Part shown: piece after piece, positions 1 through 23,399 of the stretch
Numbering within the stretch: the stretch's first letter is position 1
Layout: the number at the start of each line of letters is the position of its first letter
Assembly (NCBI RefSeq): GCF_006345805.1
Contig: NC_043009.1
Span: forward strand, 19,096,001-19,160,000
Length of the DNA stretch: 64,000 nucleotides
DNA from: Octopus sinensis
Lineage: Eukaryota
Direction: 5' to 3'
Notes under the pieces: model-generated
The model's input: only the letters and a program-made list of their open reading frames with translations
Told to the model about the DNA's origin: nothing
Database searches by the model: none
Position numbers and translations under genes: made by a program

Positions 1-1265
1 TGGACATGGACAAGATGAGATTAAATGAAACAAAATGATGCGGATGTGAGGGATGTCGGCGCCCACCGACCGACAAACCCTCGAATACAAAGTTTCTTAC
101 AACAATTCTCTTTGTCAGGGCCCCCAAGCAAATCATATCTCCCATGGCCACCGGGGTCCACAGGGTCAAAGTTGCCTTTGACCCCTCCCAGTCGACCACG
201 GAGAAATCTTCACACTCAATAGCCTGCGCCCGCTATCCCTCAGGCCTTGCCGGATGGTATTCTCGATCCATCCCGCCTTCGTGTCCAGGGGCAGCCCGCA
301 CACCCAAGCTCTTCTTATCTTCCTCCAACAATAAGTGGGGAGGAACAAAATTTCTTCTCCCTCAAGGGGCTCGCTGGCAAATCTGCCAGCTTCATCGGGG
401 GGTACCAAACAGCAACCAGGCCGTTGCAAATTTGGTCCCCCGTGAAACAAATTTTATAGTTGGCAGGTAGTCTGCCAACTCTCTCTCTATTACGCTCTTG
501 TCGAAGATGGCGATGGCACCACACGACCGTAGTACCACCGTCCTCTTCTCAAGATCTTTAATCCACTGTTTGGGTGGGACCACCTCCCACTCCAAAGCAG
601 CGGCACCGTTTGTTTTTGCCATGTGCAAAAAAGAAAGTCTTAAAAGTTCCAAAAAAAGTTCAAAGTTCAAAGAGAATGTAAAAAGGTACTCAAAAAGTTT
701 TTAAAAAAACAAGAAAAAACCAAGAAAGTCTAAAAATTAATTAATAGTACAAAAGGAAAGAAAAAATCAGGAAGGATAAACGGAAAATAGAAAAACAGTT
801 CACACGGCAAAAACCCAATCTCCTGGCCAACAGGTAATCCCGGTCTAATGTGGATAGGTTCCTTGGCATAAATCTTTTTGTTGTCCGGTAATTGGTAAAT
901 TAATCCAAAAATTCAAACACAATGCTGGCTACAGCCAACGGTAACTGCAACAGCAACAGGTTCTATTCTGGCGAGGATACGCCCCACCACTTTTTCTTTA
1001 TAAAATGAATTCAATAAATTCTCAATATACAAAAACATCAGCAGCCAAGAGCAGGCGAAATTGTTCCAGAGCTGGGCACAATTTACTGAAAAAATAATTC
1101 GCACGCAACAAATTTTGCCCAGCTCACAACAAACAAAATCACATACCTCGACAACCTTCTCTGTTTTTGTTCTTTTTTCTTTTTAGGACGGAGCTCAGAG
1201 CTCACGTCCTCACCGTTCAGTGTCAAGAAGTCAACTCCACGTCCGGAACCGGAAGCAAGCTTCTT
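1..1265 (-). mobile_element. 5' UTR and frameshifted ORF1 of an L1/Tx1-like LINE
   Basis: Overlapping ORFs 670-392 and 450-166 (MAKTNGAAALEWEVVPPKQW..., LPTYCWRKIRRAWVCGLPLD) resembling RRM-type Tx1 ORF1; GC-richer than the flanks. Confidence 0.55.
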
Positions 1266-1287
1266 ACCACACAGCTACGCCTGTATA

Positions 1288-1372
1288 TGCGCGCGCGCAC
1301 ACACACACACAAACACACATACACACACACACACATACACACACATACACGCGCACACACTCATACACACGT
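1288..1372. repeat. (CA)n microsatellite
   Basis: Direct reading. Confidence 0.95.
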
Positions 1373-1597
1373 GTATTACTTTATCTTTTCCTCCCAGAGG
1401 CTGTAGTCACGCATTGAGAGTCACCATTGGATTGATTTTTTTGTCATTTACACGACTCTCATTTGTTTTGTTTTGTTGTTTTGATATAATGCGGGTTCGT
1501 ATGCTACCTCAGATAAAAATTTGTCGTTTTTAATGAATCCATATCTAAGCCCTATATTGAAAAGCTGTTTCACCTTAACATTTAAGATATTATAGTA

Positions 1598-2041
1598 ATG
1601 GATCTTTACTATATACGGAGAGGTTGGGACCTTTGTTACTATGTAGTGATGTTCAGTCTGGGGTATGAGGTATTATCCCAAACTTAGGTGCTAAAACCTC
1701 CTGGATTTTCCATATATACATTCTGCATATCTATTTATTGTTTGTTCTAGGGAGTCTCAACTGGCCTCACCCAGTTGCACCGAGGCAATTTTCTTTTCGT
1801 ATAATAGCGCTAGTTTGCATTAAGCTCTGCCGTTAGTTTCTTGCTAAGGGGCGACCAGAATTAGGAACAGTAATCCAGATGACTGAGAACAAATGCATTC
1901 TACAGAACCAACATGGTTTCCTTTATCTTGCCCTGAATGATCTTAGAATCCAACCAGCCACTCGTCGTCACAATGTTATCAATATTCGCATGAGATGAGA
2001 CTTCACTAAAGCAATAATAAATCTCTTTACGTTGTCGAGCG
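1598..2041 (+). pseudogene. Decayed 5' exons of the Cys-rich family (signal-like 1598-1662, A-type 1751-1831, B-type about 1947-2041)
   Basis: MDLYYIRRGWDLCYYVVMFSL|gtatga; SPSCTEAIFFSYNSASLH[fs]KLC; PATR[fs]SQCY resembles PAQRLAQCY at 6084. Confidence 0.4.
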
Positions 2042-3198
2042 GTTACTGTTTACATCTCGTTCAGAGATTTATTATTGCTTTCAGACAGTTTTTCGAAATC
2101 AGTGACAGTGTTTACTGGGCAAAACATTAAATAGATATTCGCAAACAAGTCTCTCCTCATCGAAAACCGGTGATTACCGTATGTTGACATGAGGCAAAAA
2201 CCTCGAAACCGCAGTCCGTGCGTATCACTTAGGTTTACGAGAGGGGATGACCTCCCTTTGCAAATATCATAAGGGCACAGAAAGTGTGCCTAAAGCCAGC
2301 TGGTGACGATGATCTCCTGGGGCTAAAAGCTACAGTAACACCCACCCTTAGTGGTTAGCCATATTGAGATGGCTAGTATACTTTACGTTTTATTGTAATT
2401 ATTCTTTCTCAATTTTATCTCTTATTCTTCTCTCCCCATCTTTTCACTAACATTCGTTCCCTTGTTCATGCCTTCCTTCCATGTAATAGCGTCTCACACC
2501 AACAGCATTTCTCTTGCCTTCATTTTCACCTCTCTCTCGTCCCCGATCCACCTCTTTATTTCTATGGTCCGCCCCCATACATAATAAGATAACATACCAA
2601 CACCTCAAAGCCTTACTAACCTACGCCACTAAACCTCCACTTTTGTACACCTATGCACACAGAAATCCCTCAATTCACACACATTACTCCGTTTACCCAT
2701 TTCAAAACAACACAAGTACACTCCTATACCTCCACACACACTCGCCTCTTTCTCTCTTTTAACCTTCAAACCACAGATCCACATTTCCGCGCGGCTCCTA
2801 CCCACTCATCCGTTTAACCTCTTTTTTCTTCCTTTTCTTCTTAATCACATTTCTACCCCCCCCCCAACACACACTTTTCTTTTGATGGATAACTAACGTA
2901 CGAAATGATACGTAACTTTCCCTTCCTTCTTTTCAATGTCAAATAATAGTTGTTAAAACACTCTTTCCTGTGTTTCAATTCTTTTCATTTTGTCTTTCTT
3001 CAATACATTTAAGATATTCATACATTCTTTTTCTAGCAATGGCTCTGACTAAGGCGTCAATTACTTTCTTAGGTCCTACAATTTACCTCCACTGATCAAT
3101 AGACCAATTCAGTAAACCTATATACAATGACTACTGAAGACTGGTTTCTTATAATAAAGGAATTACGCGTAATAACCCTTATTTTAACTTGTCTCTTT

Positions 3199-3415
<217 letters not shown>

Positions 3416-4921
3416 ACTAGCAGAGATACCCGGCGTTGCCCGTGTTACATTCAATTGAAGAATTAGACTTTTCTGTTATAATTTCTGGAATGAACTGGAA
3501 TATCTATGTTTCGAATTTCAGCAAATTTGCAGATGAGGGTTATTTCCCTCTTTACACACCTTACAAAAATTGTAATCGTGCCACATGTATCACAAACTAC
3601 TGATTTTTATGCGTATATTCCAAAATTCCAGTCCCAAATTTTAGTCATTTCTTTTATTATCCAAAACTAGGTCAAAAGTACTGAATGGATCTTTATGAAA
3701 TTTGGAAATATATTCTATGCAGAAGGGCCACAACCCCCATGACAATTCATATATTTTTGCTGTTGATGAAATTTTAACCATATACATTAGACACAAATGA
3801 AGTAATATTTATAAAATTTCATTTCTTATAAGTTAGAAAGGCCTCTTCATGGGAACTGAATACCAACAATTTTGTCATTTTATCTAAGCAAAGACGAATA
3901 CAGTTGTACGCTTGGAAGCTGTAGGGTTACCCGAGCATAAAAGATGAGCATTATTTGTAATTCAGTGTTACAACAGTGTAACAGTTTGCTTTGACATACA
4001 CTTAGATTTTGATTTCTGCAATGTGGTGCATAAATTGTCAAGTAAATGAGAGGCATCTTTGCCTCCACTGATTCAGTTGCAAAGTGTTGAGTAAAGTTAT
4101 TTGATTGCAGACGTCCTTTCAGTCTTTTTATTATCACTCGGTCACACATAGTCCCCAGATGGTAACATTGATTTCAAGGCCTTCCCAGATGAGTGACTGG
4201 TTATTCAAAGACATTTATAGATTGTAAATTTATTCTGTCCAGTTACTTATCAGTATAGTGGTCATTTGCAGACTCCAGGAGTGATACATTCATTTCTCCT
4301 TAGACCTCACGTCACACAGTTGTTAATGTTTATTTCAGTTGGGTCACGCCCTACCAATTACTATAGATTCGTAATGCATCTTACGGCTGTGCCTGTCACC
4401 TGGATGGTGAGGAATTCTACATAGGGAGTGGTAACAACCAGGGTAGGGTAGCTGACTGCTTATTGGGATCATTCGTCTTTTGGTTTCCTATAGCTTTGTT
4501 CTCTTTTACAAACCCAGTGAAGATATATTTCCTATTTCAAAGGAATTCAAACAATAGATATTAGACCCAAGTTAAAAAGATTCTCAACAATTCAACTTCT
4601 CTGGTTGACATTAAGACGCCCACTACCAACAGAGTCCTAAACTCTCACATTTTAGAGCTCCATGACCTTCATTTTTCAGGAGCAAAATCTTTTTAACAGG
4701 TTCAATAAGACAGGTTCAATATACGCATAAAAATCAGTAGTTTGTGATACATGTGGCACGATTACAATTTTTGTAAGGTGTGTAAAGAGGGAAATAACCC
4801 TCATCTGCAAATTTGCTGAAATTCGAAACATAGATATTCCAGTTCATTCCAGAAATTATTACAGAAAAGTCTAATTCTTTAATTGAATGTAAGACGAGCA
4901 ACGCCGGGTATCTCTGCTAGT
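3416..4921. repeat. 204-bp inverted repeat pair (3416-3619 and 4718-4921) with Helentron/HINE-like termini
   Basis: Arms differ at 4 positions; terminus ACTAGCAGAGATACCCGGCGTTGC..CG matches the family at 26297; both outer ends abut TA-rich repeats. Confidence 0.85.
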
Positions 4922-4923
4922 AT

Positions 4924-4974
<51 letters not shown>

Positions 4975-5009
4975 TACACACACACACACCACATACACAC
5001 ACACACACC

Positions 5010-5071
<62 letters not shown>

Positions 5072-5364
5072 TTCATCATCATCATTGTTCGACCGTGATC
5101 GAGACAATGGAATTTACTATGTTACGTCAGACTTCACGTTGCATCATAGCATTACAGAGGTCCTGTTGCTGGATGCCTGTATCCCTGGAGATTAAATCAG
5201 GGTAGGAAAGTGTGCGCCCTCTGGTATCGCGAGTAGATGGCTTCCATAGGAGAAGAGTAGAAATTGCCTCGTTTTCAGCTCTACAACAATGTCCAGCAAA
5301 CTGGACTCTTCAACCTTTCACAAGAGATGATACAGGTGCTAGTTTCCCATATATTTGTACTTTG
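3966..5364 (+). pseudogene. Decayed Cys-rich exons 3966-4041, 4339-4406 and 5279-5364
   Basis: AG/GT-bounded; begin VLQQC and ALQQC; YGC motif at 4339-4406; stops or indels in the Cys frame; 3966-4041 is 76 nt like the intact 6824-6899. Confidence 0.4.
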
Positions 5365-5421
5365 GTTGGATGACGCTTCCACGAGAGAATTATGTATATA
5401 TACCTATATACGTACATCTCT

Positions 5422-5530
<109 letters not shown>

Positions 5531-5585
5531 TATATATAATATATATATATAATATAAATATATATATAATATATGTATGATATAT

Positions 5586-5866
5586 ATATATATGATATTA
5601 TGTATCGGGCTGCGTGTTGTGTTCTTGAGCAAAGCACTTTATTTCACGTTGCTCCAGTTCACTCAGCTGTAGAAATGAGTTGCGACGTCACTGGTGCCAG
5701 CTGTATCGACCTTTGTCTTTCCCTTGGATAACACTGGTGGCGTGGAGAGGGGAGGCTGGTATGCATGGGCGACTGCTGGTCTTCCATAAACAACCTTGCC
5801 CGGACTTGTGTCTAGGAGGGTAACTTTCTAGGTGCAATCCCATGGTCATTCATGACCGAAGGGGGT

Positions 5867-5869
<3 letters not shown>
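5586..5869 (+). mobile_element. SINE with truncated head
   Basis: gtgttcttgagcaaagcactttatttcacgttgctccag core shared with the SINE at 59154. Confidence 0.75.
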
Positions 5870-5912
<43 letters not shown>

Positions 5913-5920
5913 ATATACAT

Positions 5921-5975
<55 letters not shown>

Positions 5976-6083
5976 TATATAAACATACATGTATGTATAT
6001 ATATGTATACACACACAATTCCATGCATGACGGTAATAATTAATGTATTTCAAAGTACCATTGTGATCTAATTTAATTTCCAG

Positions 6084-16340
<10,257 letters not shown>

Positions 16341-17536
16341 TGTTTATTAATGTTCATCTAACAGCATATAAATTTATCTATTTTCTTTTAAATAACTAAT
16401 ACAATAAGTAAATTGATCATGCTTAATCAATCTAAATCAATGGTTCCTAATCTTGAAATACAGATGCAACTCTTATTTAGATAAGTTAAAAATGCATAAA
16501 AATATAACAAATAAATACGTTTGCGGAAAACAAAAGCAATCTGCAGTTTTGTTTGATCTGCGAAGAGAATTGCATCGGCTCTCGTTGATCGACATTGAAT
16601 ATTGCGATATTCGTGGTGTATGTATAATTGTTTTATCCCATTACGAGTATCATAAAATATCAGTTCAGTTTTAAGAAGAAGCTTTGATTTATTATTTACT
16701 AGCCATCTACTATCATTTAAATCATCATATATATAATTATATATGCAATCCATCGTATAAATGTAGATTGATAAACAATGCATATCAATTTGATTTCCAG
16801 TAAAAGAAACTTGTGCATTAATTTTCTCTGATCTGATTTAACACGATTTTCTCGATATTTTTGAATAATATGAAAAGCCATGTTATAAACTTCGTGCCCT
16901 TTAACAGGTAGATAACCCCGTTCATTAAGTGAATTTGTATTAAATAAGAATCGAAATGAAAGTTACGCCTCAAAACCATTTTTCATGCTTACCGAACAGT
17001 AAACCCAGTAAAACTATTCATTGTTTTATCGTAAGAGAACCTTCTGTTATGACCAGGTTGTGATTCTTTATTTAGACTTATTTTCACTGATATCACACGT
17101 GGGAATTTATCTCAGTACCTTCATTTTTAAATTCCCCTAAAATGTAAAGATTTCTATGTGGTCAGTAGAAATTCAGGATTAAGATGTATGGTAGCAAGCG
17201 TTATAGAGAAGTAAATACCCAGTAAGACGAGTCTCAGGCGTATTTTTTCATTAATCTTTTATGCCTTATATTTCTATTCTGCTTTTGAAAAGAAGAATGA
17301 GCATCATATGCTGCTACATTTTCAGTTAGAACCTTTTATGAATGTATAAATTAAAGATTTCCTTATAACTGGTATAATTTTATAAAAGTGTTATTAAATC
17401 TGGTTTATTTAATAAAATTGCCAGTATATTTCGAATGGAGTTTGTGTTGTTTTCATTAGAAATAACGAATATTGCTTTAATCAGTGTGAATTTGAATTAA
17501 TGGCAATCCCGTTGGTTCTTTTATGATCTCTTGCAG

Positions 17537-18104
17537 AAAATACGCATGCATCTGTACTAAGGATACTAGTTATTTGTATAGTGTTCCCTCTGCATAAAAT
17601 GATGTGTTATACATACTTATAATACTTATTTACAAATAAGTGAAACAGCACGCATTGCAGCAACCTGTCTAGTTGTAAATGTGTACTACAGCATAATGCA
17701 GTTGACTGTCATGAGTGGTGATATCTCTGTACCATTTTGTTGTCCGTCTGTAGTGCTTAGTTCAAATTTCATGCAGTAAAGTTCAAGTAGGTGTAAGGTA
17801 TAAACAAATGAATATAGATATATAATTCTATCCAAGGGATATCAAAGCAAACACCTGTACACATGTATGTATGCTACATTACATTCCATATAATTAAGAT
17901 GTCACCAATTAAAGATGAATTTGACAACAAAAGTGTTCTTGAGAACGTTTTTGTAGCAGTAAGTATAGCTTAGAATTTCACTTTTGGTATTTGAGTTTTA
18001 TATTGTAGACTAGAACTCATGTGTGTCAAACGATGGCTGCTGATTAGTCTTTGAGACTGAAAACGAAACAGGAACTGAATTTACATCTCTGATGGTTAAC
18101 AAGC
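17537..18104 (+). pseudogene. Further decayed copy of the Cys-rich exon pairs
   Basis: 17899-17958 ends TTGTAGCA|gtaagt (compare TTGTGCAA|gtaagt at 6899). 18009-18104 has TGT GTC AAA CGA T-- GGC TGC (compare CLKRYGC). KYACIC at 17537. Confidence 0.3.
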
Positions 18105-18179
18105 GTAAATTTATGGAACTACTATTTCCATGAGGTTGACTCCAACATCATATATTCGGACATTATTTCAACTTTATTC

Positions 18180-18343
18180 ACACACACACACACACACACA
18201 TTGTGATGAAGACGCTATCAGTAACTCAAACTTTTTTAATGGATAACATCCCTTTCAATGTATCGATATTTTGGGCTCATGACTGAACAGGAGTAATTTT
18301 CACTCCTGTTCAGTCATGAGTTACTGATGGCGTCTTCATCACA

Positions 18344-18400
<57 letters not shown>
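18180..18400. repeat. Interrupted palindrome bounded by (CA)n and (TG)n
   Basis: 18200-18228 pairs with 18317-18345; perfect 19-bp stem 18276-18294 / 18302-18320. Confidence 0.85.
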
Positions 18401-18403
<3 letters not shown>

Positions 18404-19109
18404 TACATCTTGATTTTAGAGAAATTTTAGCTTTTCTAAGAACACACCTTTATATATGTTTTGATGGTACAGTCAAGTAAAAGTTTTTTAAAATGTTTTT
18501 CTCACTTCTGCGACCTGTTCAGTGACAATTCAGTTGTACAATCGCACAAATCCAAAGAAAGAAAGAAAGAAAAACAAACTCAAGGTTGTCGATTATATTT
18601 AGTTCTTTAATACTTCAAGCATTAATATTTTTAAATCTGGGTAACTTGTTTCCTATCATTCTCGTATCAATCCACTGCAGCTGAAATCTGAAATATAATA
18701 TACAGAATAACAGAATATTTAGTATTTCAGTAACATGCTCACGTAGAGACATACTCGCTGATACACGAATACATGCTTCATTATGCAGGCATATATACAA
18801 ATATGTTCATGGTAACATTTAAACATACAAAGCACATATTAAAAGTGCAGATATGGTTGCCTATAGAGAAACTCGAGTTTATATCGCTTACTGCTCTAGT
18901 AGAAACATATTTTTAGCGACATTATGATGTTATTCTAAACTTTGATCTTGCATAAAGAAGGATCAAATACTCTTTCACATGGCTAAATTTGTCGTCGGAA
19001 GATATCGACATAAATACTAAACTATCTTACTTATTTATAGCGGTATAAACGAAACATGCATACGCTATCTGTAAAATAGAAATCAGAAGAGGAAGTCATA
19101 CGTCTTGTG

Positions 19110-19177
<68 letters not shown>

Positions 19178-19619
19178 ACACACACACACGCAACACACAT
19201 ACACACACCACATATCTATCTGTGTGTGCATATGTGTGTGTGAGTGTGTCCGTGTGTGTGTGAGTGTGTGCGTGTGTGTGCGCGTGTGTGTGTGTGTAAT
19301 GTACTGTTCCGTGATAGAATGATCAACAAAAAAATGTACTCTATCTGGTGAGAGATAAGTATTATTTAAAAGACACAATACATATCTTCAAGAAAACGAG
19401 GAAGATTAAAAAAACAGAAAACGATAAAGTAAAAAACTCAAATGTAAAAAATGTAAAAGAGTTCTTCTTAGACCTTAAATTATAAGGCTGGAGAGATATC
19501 AACAAGTTAGTTAGGTATAGGCAGAATTTTCAAATTCTTCAAAATATATTTATACATATGTTTGCAACCGCTGAAAATTTCAGACCAGGACTTCAGTAGA
19601 GAGTTAGGGGTCTCAGACC

Positions 19620-22215
19620 TGAAAAGGATCTACGGTCTTTGATCTCGTGTAAGGATACTGTTCATATTAGACCGAAAAGAGAAGGTGGAGCTTACAAGCG
19701 AACAAAAATACAGTGTGCTGAAAAGGAAGTATAATATTGAAAGAAAGGGCCTGAAAGTAGTAGTGGAGGAACTGAAACAGCGCCTCGTTGCAAAGAAAGC
19801 AAAGATGGTAAGATACGACCAAAGAATGAAGGTTTACCTCCAGAATAGGTTATTCAGAGTAGATCAGAATAGATTCTATAAAGAAATAAATGGAGAGTGT
19901 ACAGATGAAAAGTTGATACCAGATAATATTGGAAGTCAAAGGTTTTGGAGTGACATCTGGAGCAAAGACAAGGAGCACAAGAAGTATTCTAAATGGTTGC
20001 AAGAACTGAAACAAAACAGACAGAACTAGTCATTTCAGTTAGGGAAGAAATCAGCAAAAAAATTAGCAACTTGAAGGCCCCGGGACCAGATGGAGTTCAA
20101 GGCTACTGGATCAAACGATTTGGTGAATGTCATGCACGAATAGCTGTACAACTCAACACCTTGTTAAATTCCGACCAAGTAACACCAGAGTGGTTGACAT
20201 TGGGTAGAACAGTGCTGTACCTGAAAAACATTGAAAAGGGCAATACGGTAGTCAATTAAAATTATCCTGTTTGCCACTTATATGGAAGTTATTGACTGGA
20301 ATACTCCCAGAACATCTGGAAAAAAATGGAGTCCTGCCATATGAGCAGAAGTGTTGCAAGCGTGATTGCAGAGGTATCAACTCCTGATAAACTAAACTGT
20401 ACTTAGAGACTGCAAGAGGAGGAAAAGTAACTTAGCCATGTCACGGATCGACTATCACGTGGCGTACGATATGATCCCACATTCTTGGATTATGGAGTGT
20501 ATTTGGCATTGCATCGAATGTTGAGCGATTGCTTGGAAAAAGTATGGCGAATTGGAGGACGGCTCTGACAGCTTATGGAAGAAGTTTAGGGACAGTAGAA
20601 ATTAGGAGGGGCATCTTACAAGGGGACTGCCTGTCCCACCGATCTTTGTACTGTGCTTGATACCACTAACACTGATTCTGATGAAAGCAAAAGCTATGTA
20701 TGTATTCAAAAGCCACCAACAAAATGTCAACCATTTGTTATTCATGGATAACCTCAACCGTTATGGTAAAGATGAAGCCCAAATCAGTTCACTCGTTGAT
20801 ACGCTGTATACCTTCAGTGCGGCTTTCATAATGGAGTTCGGACTGAGAAAGTGTGGTGTGTTAGTCTTGAAGAGAGGCAAAATCAAATGTATGGGCAGGC
20901 TAACGATACTGTCCGGGGAGATTATGAAGCAGATAGAAGAGACGGGCTATAAGTACGTAGGGATCTGGGAAATTAATAAATTGATGGAGAAAGAAATGAC
21001 AGAAAAATTGAAGGTTGAGTACTTGCGCTATCAAACCTGGGCGGTTTCACTCCTTAGATATGGAGCAGGGGTAATCGCATGAACAGTAGACGAACTAAAC
21101 AGCTTAGACAGAAAGACAAGGAAGTTGCTAACTAGGTATGGGTCACTCCACCCACAAAGTGACACAGACAGACTGTATGTACCAAGAAAAAGAGGGGGAA
21201 GAGGACTTATTGGATGCGAACACAGTATTAGATCAGAAGAAAACAACATAGCATGGTATGTAAAAATGCCACAGAACCGCTATTACTAGAAGTAAGAAGG
21301 TCAGGCTTGTGTAGGATGAAAGATTGTTGAGATAAAGCATTATAAAAGAAATTGAAAACGAATGAAATAGATGGGTAAAGAAAAGAATGCATGGTCAATT
21401 TCATAGGGATATTGAAGATAAGACAGACAGAGAAAAAAGATGGCTGTGGATGACTAAAATTGATTTAAAACCAGAAACGGAGGCTCTAATCTGTGCTGCC
21501 CAAGAGCAAGCACTAAGAACAAACTGCATAATATACAGAATAGACAACACAGCAGAAAGTTATAAATACAGAATCTGTGGACAAAACGGTGAAACCGTAT
21601 GGCATATTACCAGCCAATGTACGCCACTAGCCCAGAAGGAATATAAGAGACGCTATGACAATATAGCCAGATTGGTCCACTGGACACTTTGCCACAAGTA
21701 TGGACTTGACAGAGCGAAAAATTGGTACGACCACAAACCTGAAGGCATCGTCGAAAATAGAAATACAAAGATCCTATGGGATTTTATGATTCAGTGCGAC
21801 CATGAGATAGAGAATAGGAAACCGGACATCGTCTTAATTGAGAAATAAAACCAACTATGCTGGATCATAGATATAGAATGCCCAGCTGACAACAAACTAT
21901 GCAAAAAGGAAGAAAGAAAGGTCGAGATATATAACAAGTTAGCTTGGGAGGTGAAGCCAGTTGTGGTCGCTGAAAAAGGTGGTAGTGGTACCAATAATTG
22001 TCGGAGCCCTGGGAACAGTGAGCAAAAATCTTGAGAAGTATGTGGAACAAATAGGGGCTGCAATAAGGGTGGAGCACTTGCAGAAAACAACACTGCTTGG
22101 AGCCGCTCGAATACACCGGAAGGCGCTCGAAAAATAAGAGGTGTTACCTTAGTTCACTAGTAGTGAACAGCTGAAACTGTAGTAATCTTCAGTGCTAGAA
22201 GCTGTGCAAAGGCAA
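19620..22215 (+). mobile_element. Dong/R4-clade non-LTR retrotransposon, frameshifted
   Basis: APGPDG, IDY..AYDMIPH, GILQGD, LFMD; knuckle-like RICGQNGETVWHITSQC; RLE motif KPDIVLIEK; ends in (AAT)n. Confidence 0.85.
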
Positions 22216-22269
22216 TAATAATAATAATTATTATTATTATTATTATCATCATCATCATTATTATTATTA

Positions 22270-22815
22270 TTAATGAGTGAGAGAGCAGTGCATGCCATCA
22301 AAGTGACACTGGGGTAAAATATACGAAGCCCAGTATACCCATCATGACTACTCGTCTGGCATATGCATCACAACTATATGTGCGTGACATGGTGATCTCA
22401 TATCAAGATAAACAGCACATGACCTTGCAGGTGGGGCCCAGTTGAAATTTTCTTCTGGTCGAGTAGCCCATCATGCTCAAAAGGTCCCTGAATAGGATTA
22501 TTTAAGGATGTTGACCGAAACACCCATGTTTCCATAGGTTAATTATCCAAACCCAAAAGAATTCCTCTCAACACATGGCTATGATGCTCCCCAACTATTT
22601 CTGCTCGTGATCACAGATGCACATATCGTCAGCCACTAAGGGACATGCTCAACTGGTTACGGTCAAACAACTGGCAAGCAAATCTGTGGTATTGAGCAGA
22701 ATATTTGATGTAACCCATCTCTTATACCAAGACAAAACAATGTACATGATAACACTTCCAATCAGTTAAGATCAGAAACCACGAGAGTCACTGCCTGGTA
22801 CTGCATCAGGGCATC
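22270..22815 (-). mobile_element. About 540-bp non-coding retroposon-like repeat with a (TAA)n tail
   Basis: Bounded on both sides by ATT/TAT runs, no ORF; class unresolved. Confidence 0.5.
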
Positions 22816-22816
22816 C

Positions 22817-22856
<40 letters not shown>

Positions 22857-22935
22857 GTCTGACAGTTCTTTACATTTGCACAAGCTGGCTCCAAGTCTCA
22901 CCCAGAGACCTCAAGAGACAACAAGCTGGAAGTTC

Positions 22936-22983
<48 letters not shown>

Positions 22984-22989
22984 TTTAAT

Positions 22990-23220
22990 TTTATAATCCT
23001 TTCTACCGAAGGTACAAGACTTGAAATTTTGGGTGAGGGGACTAGTCGATTACGTCGATCACATTGTTTCACTGGTACTTTATTTATCGACCCCGAAATG
23101 ATAGAAAGGAAAGTCGACCTCGGCGGAATTTGAACTTTGAACGTGAAGACGGATGAACGTGAAGACGAATGAACGTGAAGACGGACAAAATGCCACTTAG
23201 CATTTTATCCGGCGTGCTAC
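22990..23220 (-). mobile_element. tRNA-derived SINE with an internal 14-bp tandem triplication
   Basis: aaagtcgacctcggcggaatttgaac B-box region; gaacgtgaagacg repeated three times. Confidence 0.8.
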
Positions 23221-23399
23221 TTTCCCTCCCCAAGCTTTCAGTCATACTATAACATCTCTTATCCTTCACTCGCCCTAGGACACTGGGTGTGTCTCGGCTA
23301 GTGATTGTAACAAACATGCAGATTAAAAGTAAAGAAGAAGAAGAAGAACAACAACAACAACAACCTGGAAATTGAATTACAAATATATTCAAGTTTTCT

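Noticed and set aside
3880-4149. Minus-strand ORF first read as an RTE fragment
   Set aside because: No convincing RT motif; better explained as the antisense of a plus-strand exon relic
3966-4406. A-to-I recoding of TGA/TAA/TAG to Trp as a way to rescue the decayed exons
   Set aside because: Editing cannot fix the indels, and the exons lie in the loop rather than the duplex
3966-5364. Stop-free alternative-frame chain CYNSVTVCF...IGSRPTNYYRF...LYNNVQQ... joining to 6084
   Set aside because: Phases are compatible, but the frame loses the family Cys motifs and has no supported start; likely a by-product of compensating indels
16427-16783. 118-aa minus-strand ORF
   Set aside because: No domain, no supporting splice structure, AT-rich chance ORF
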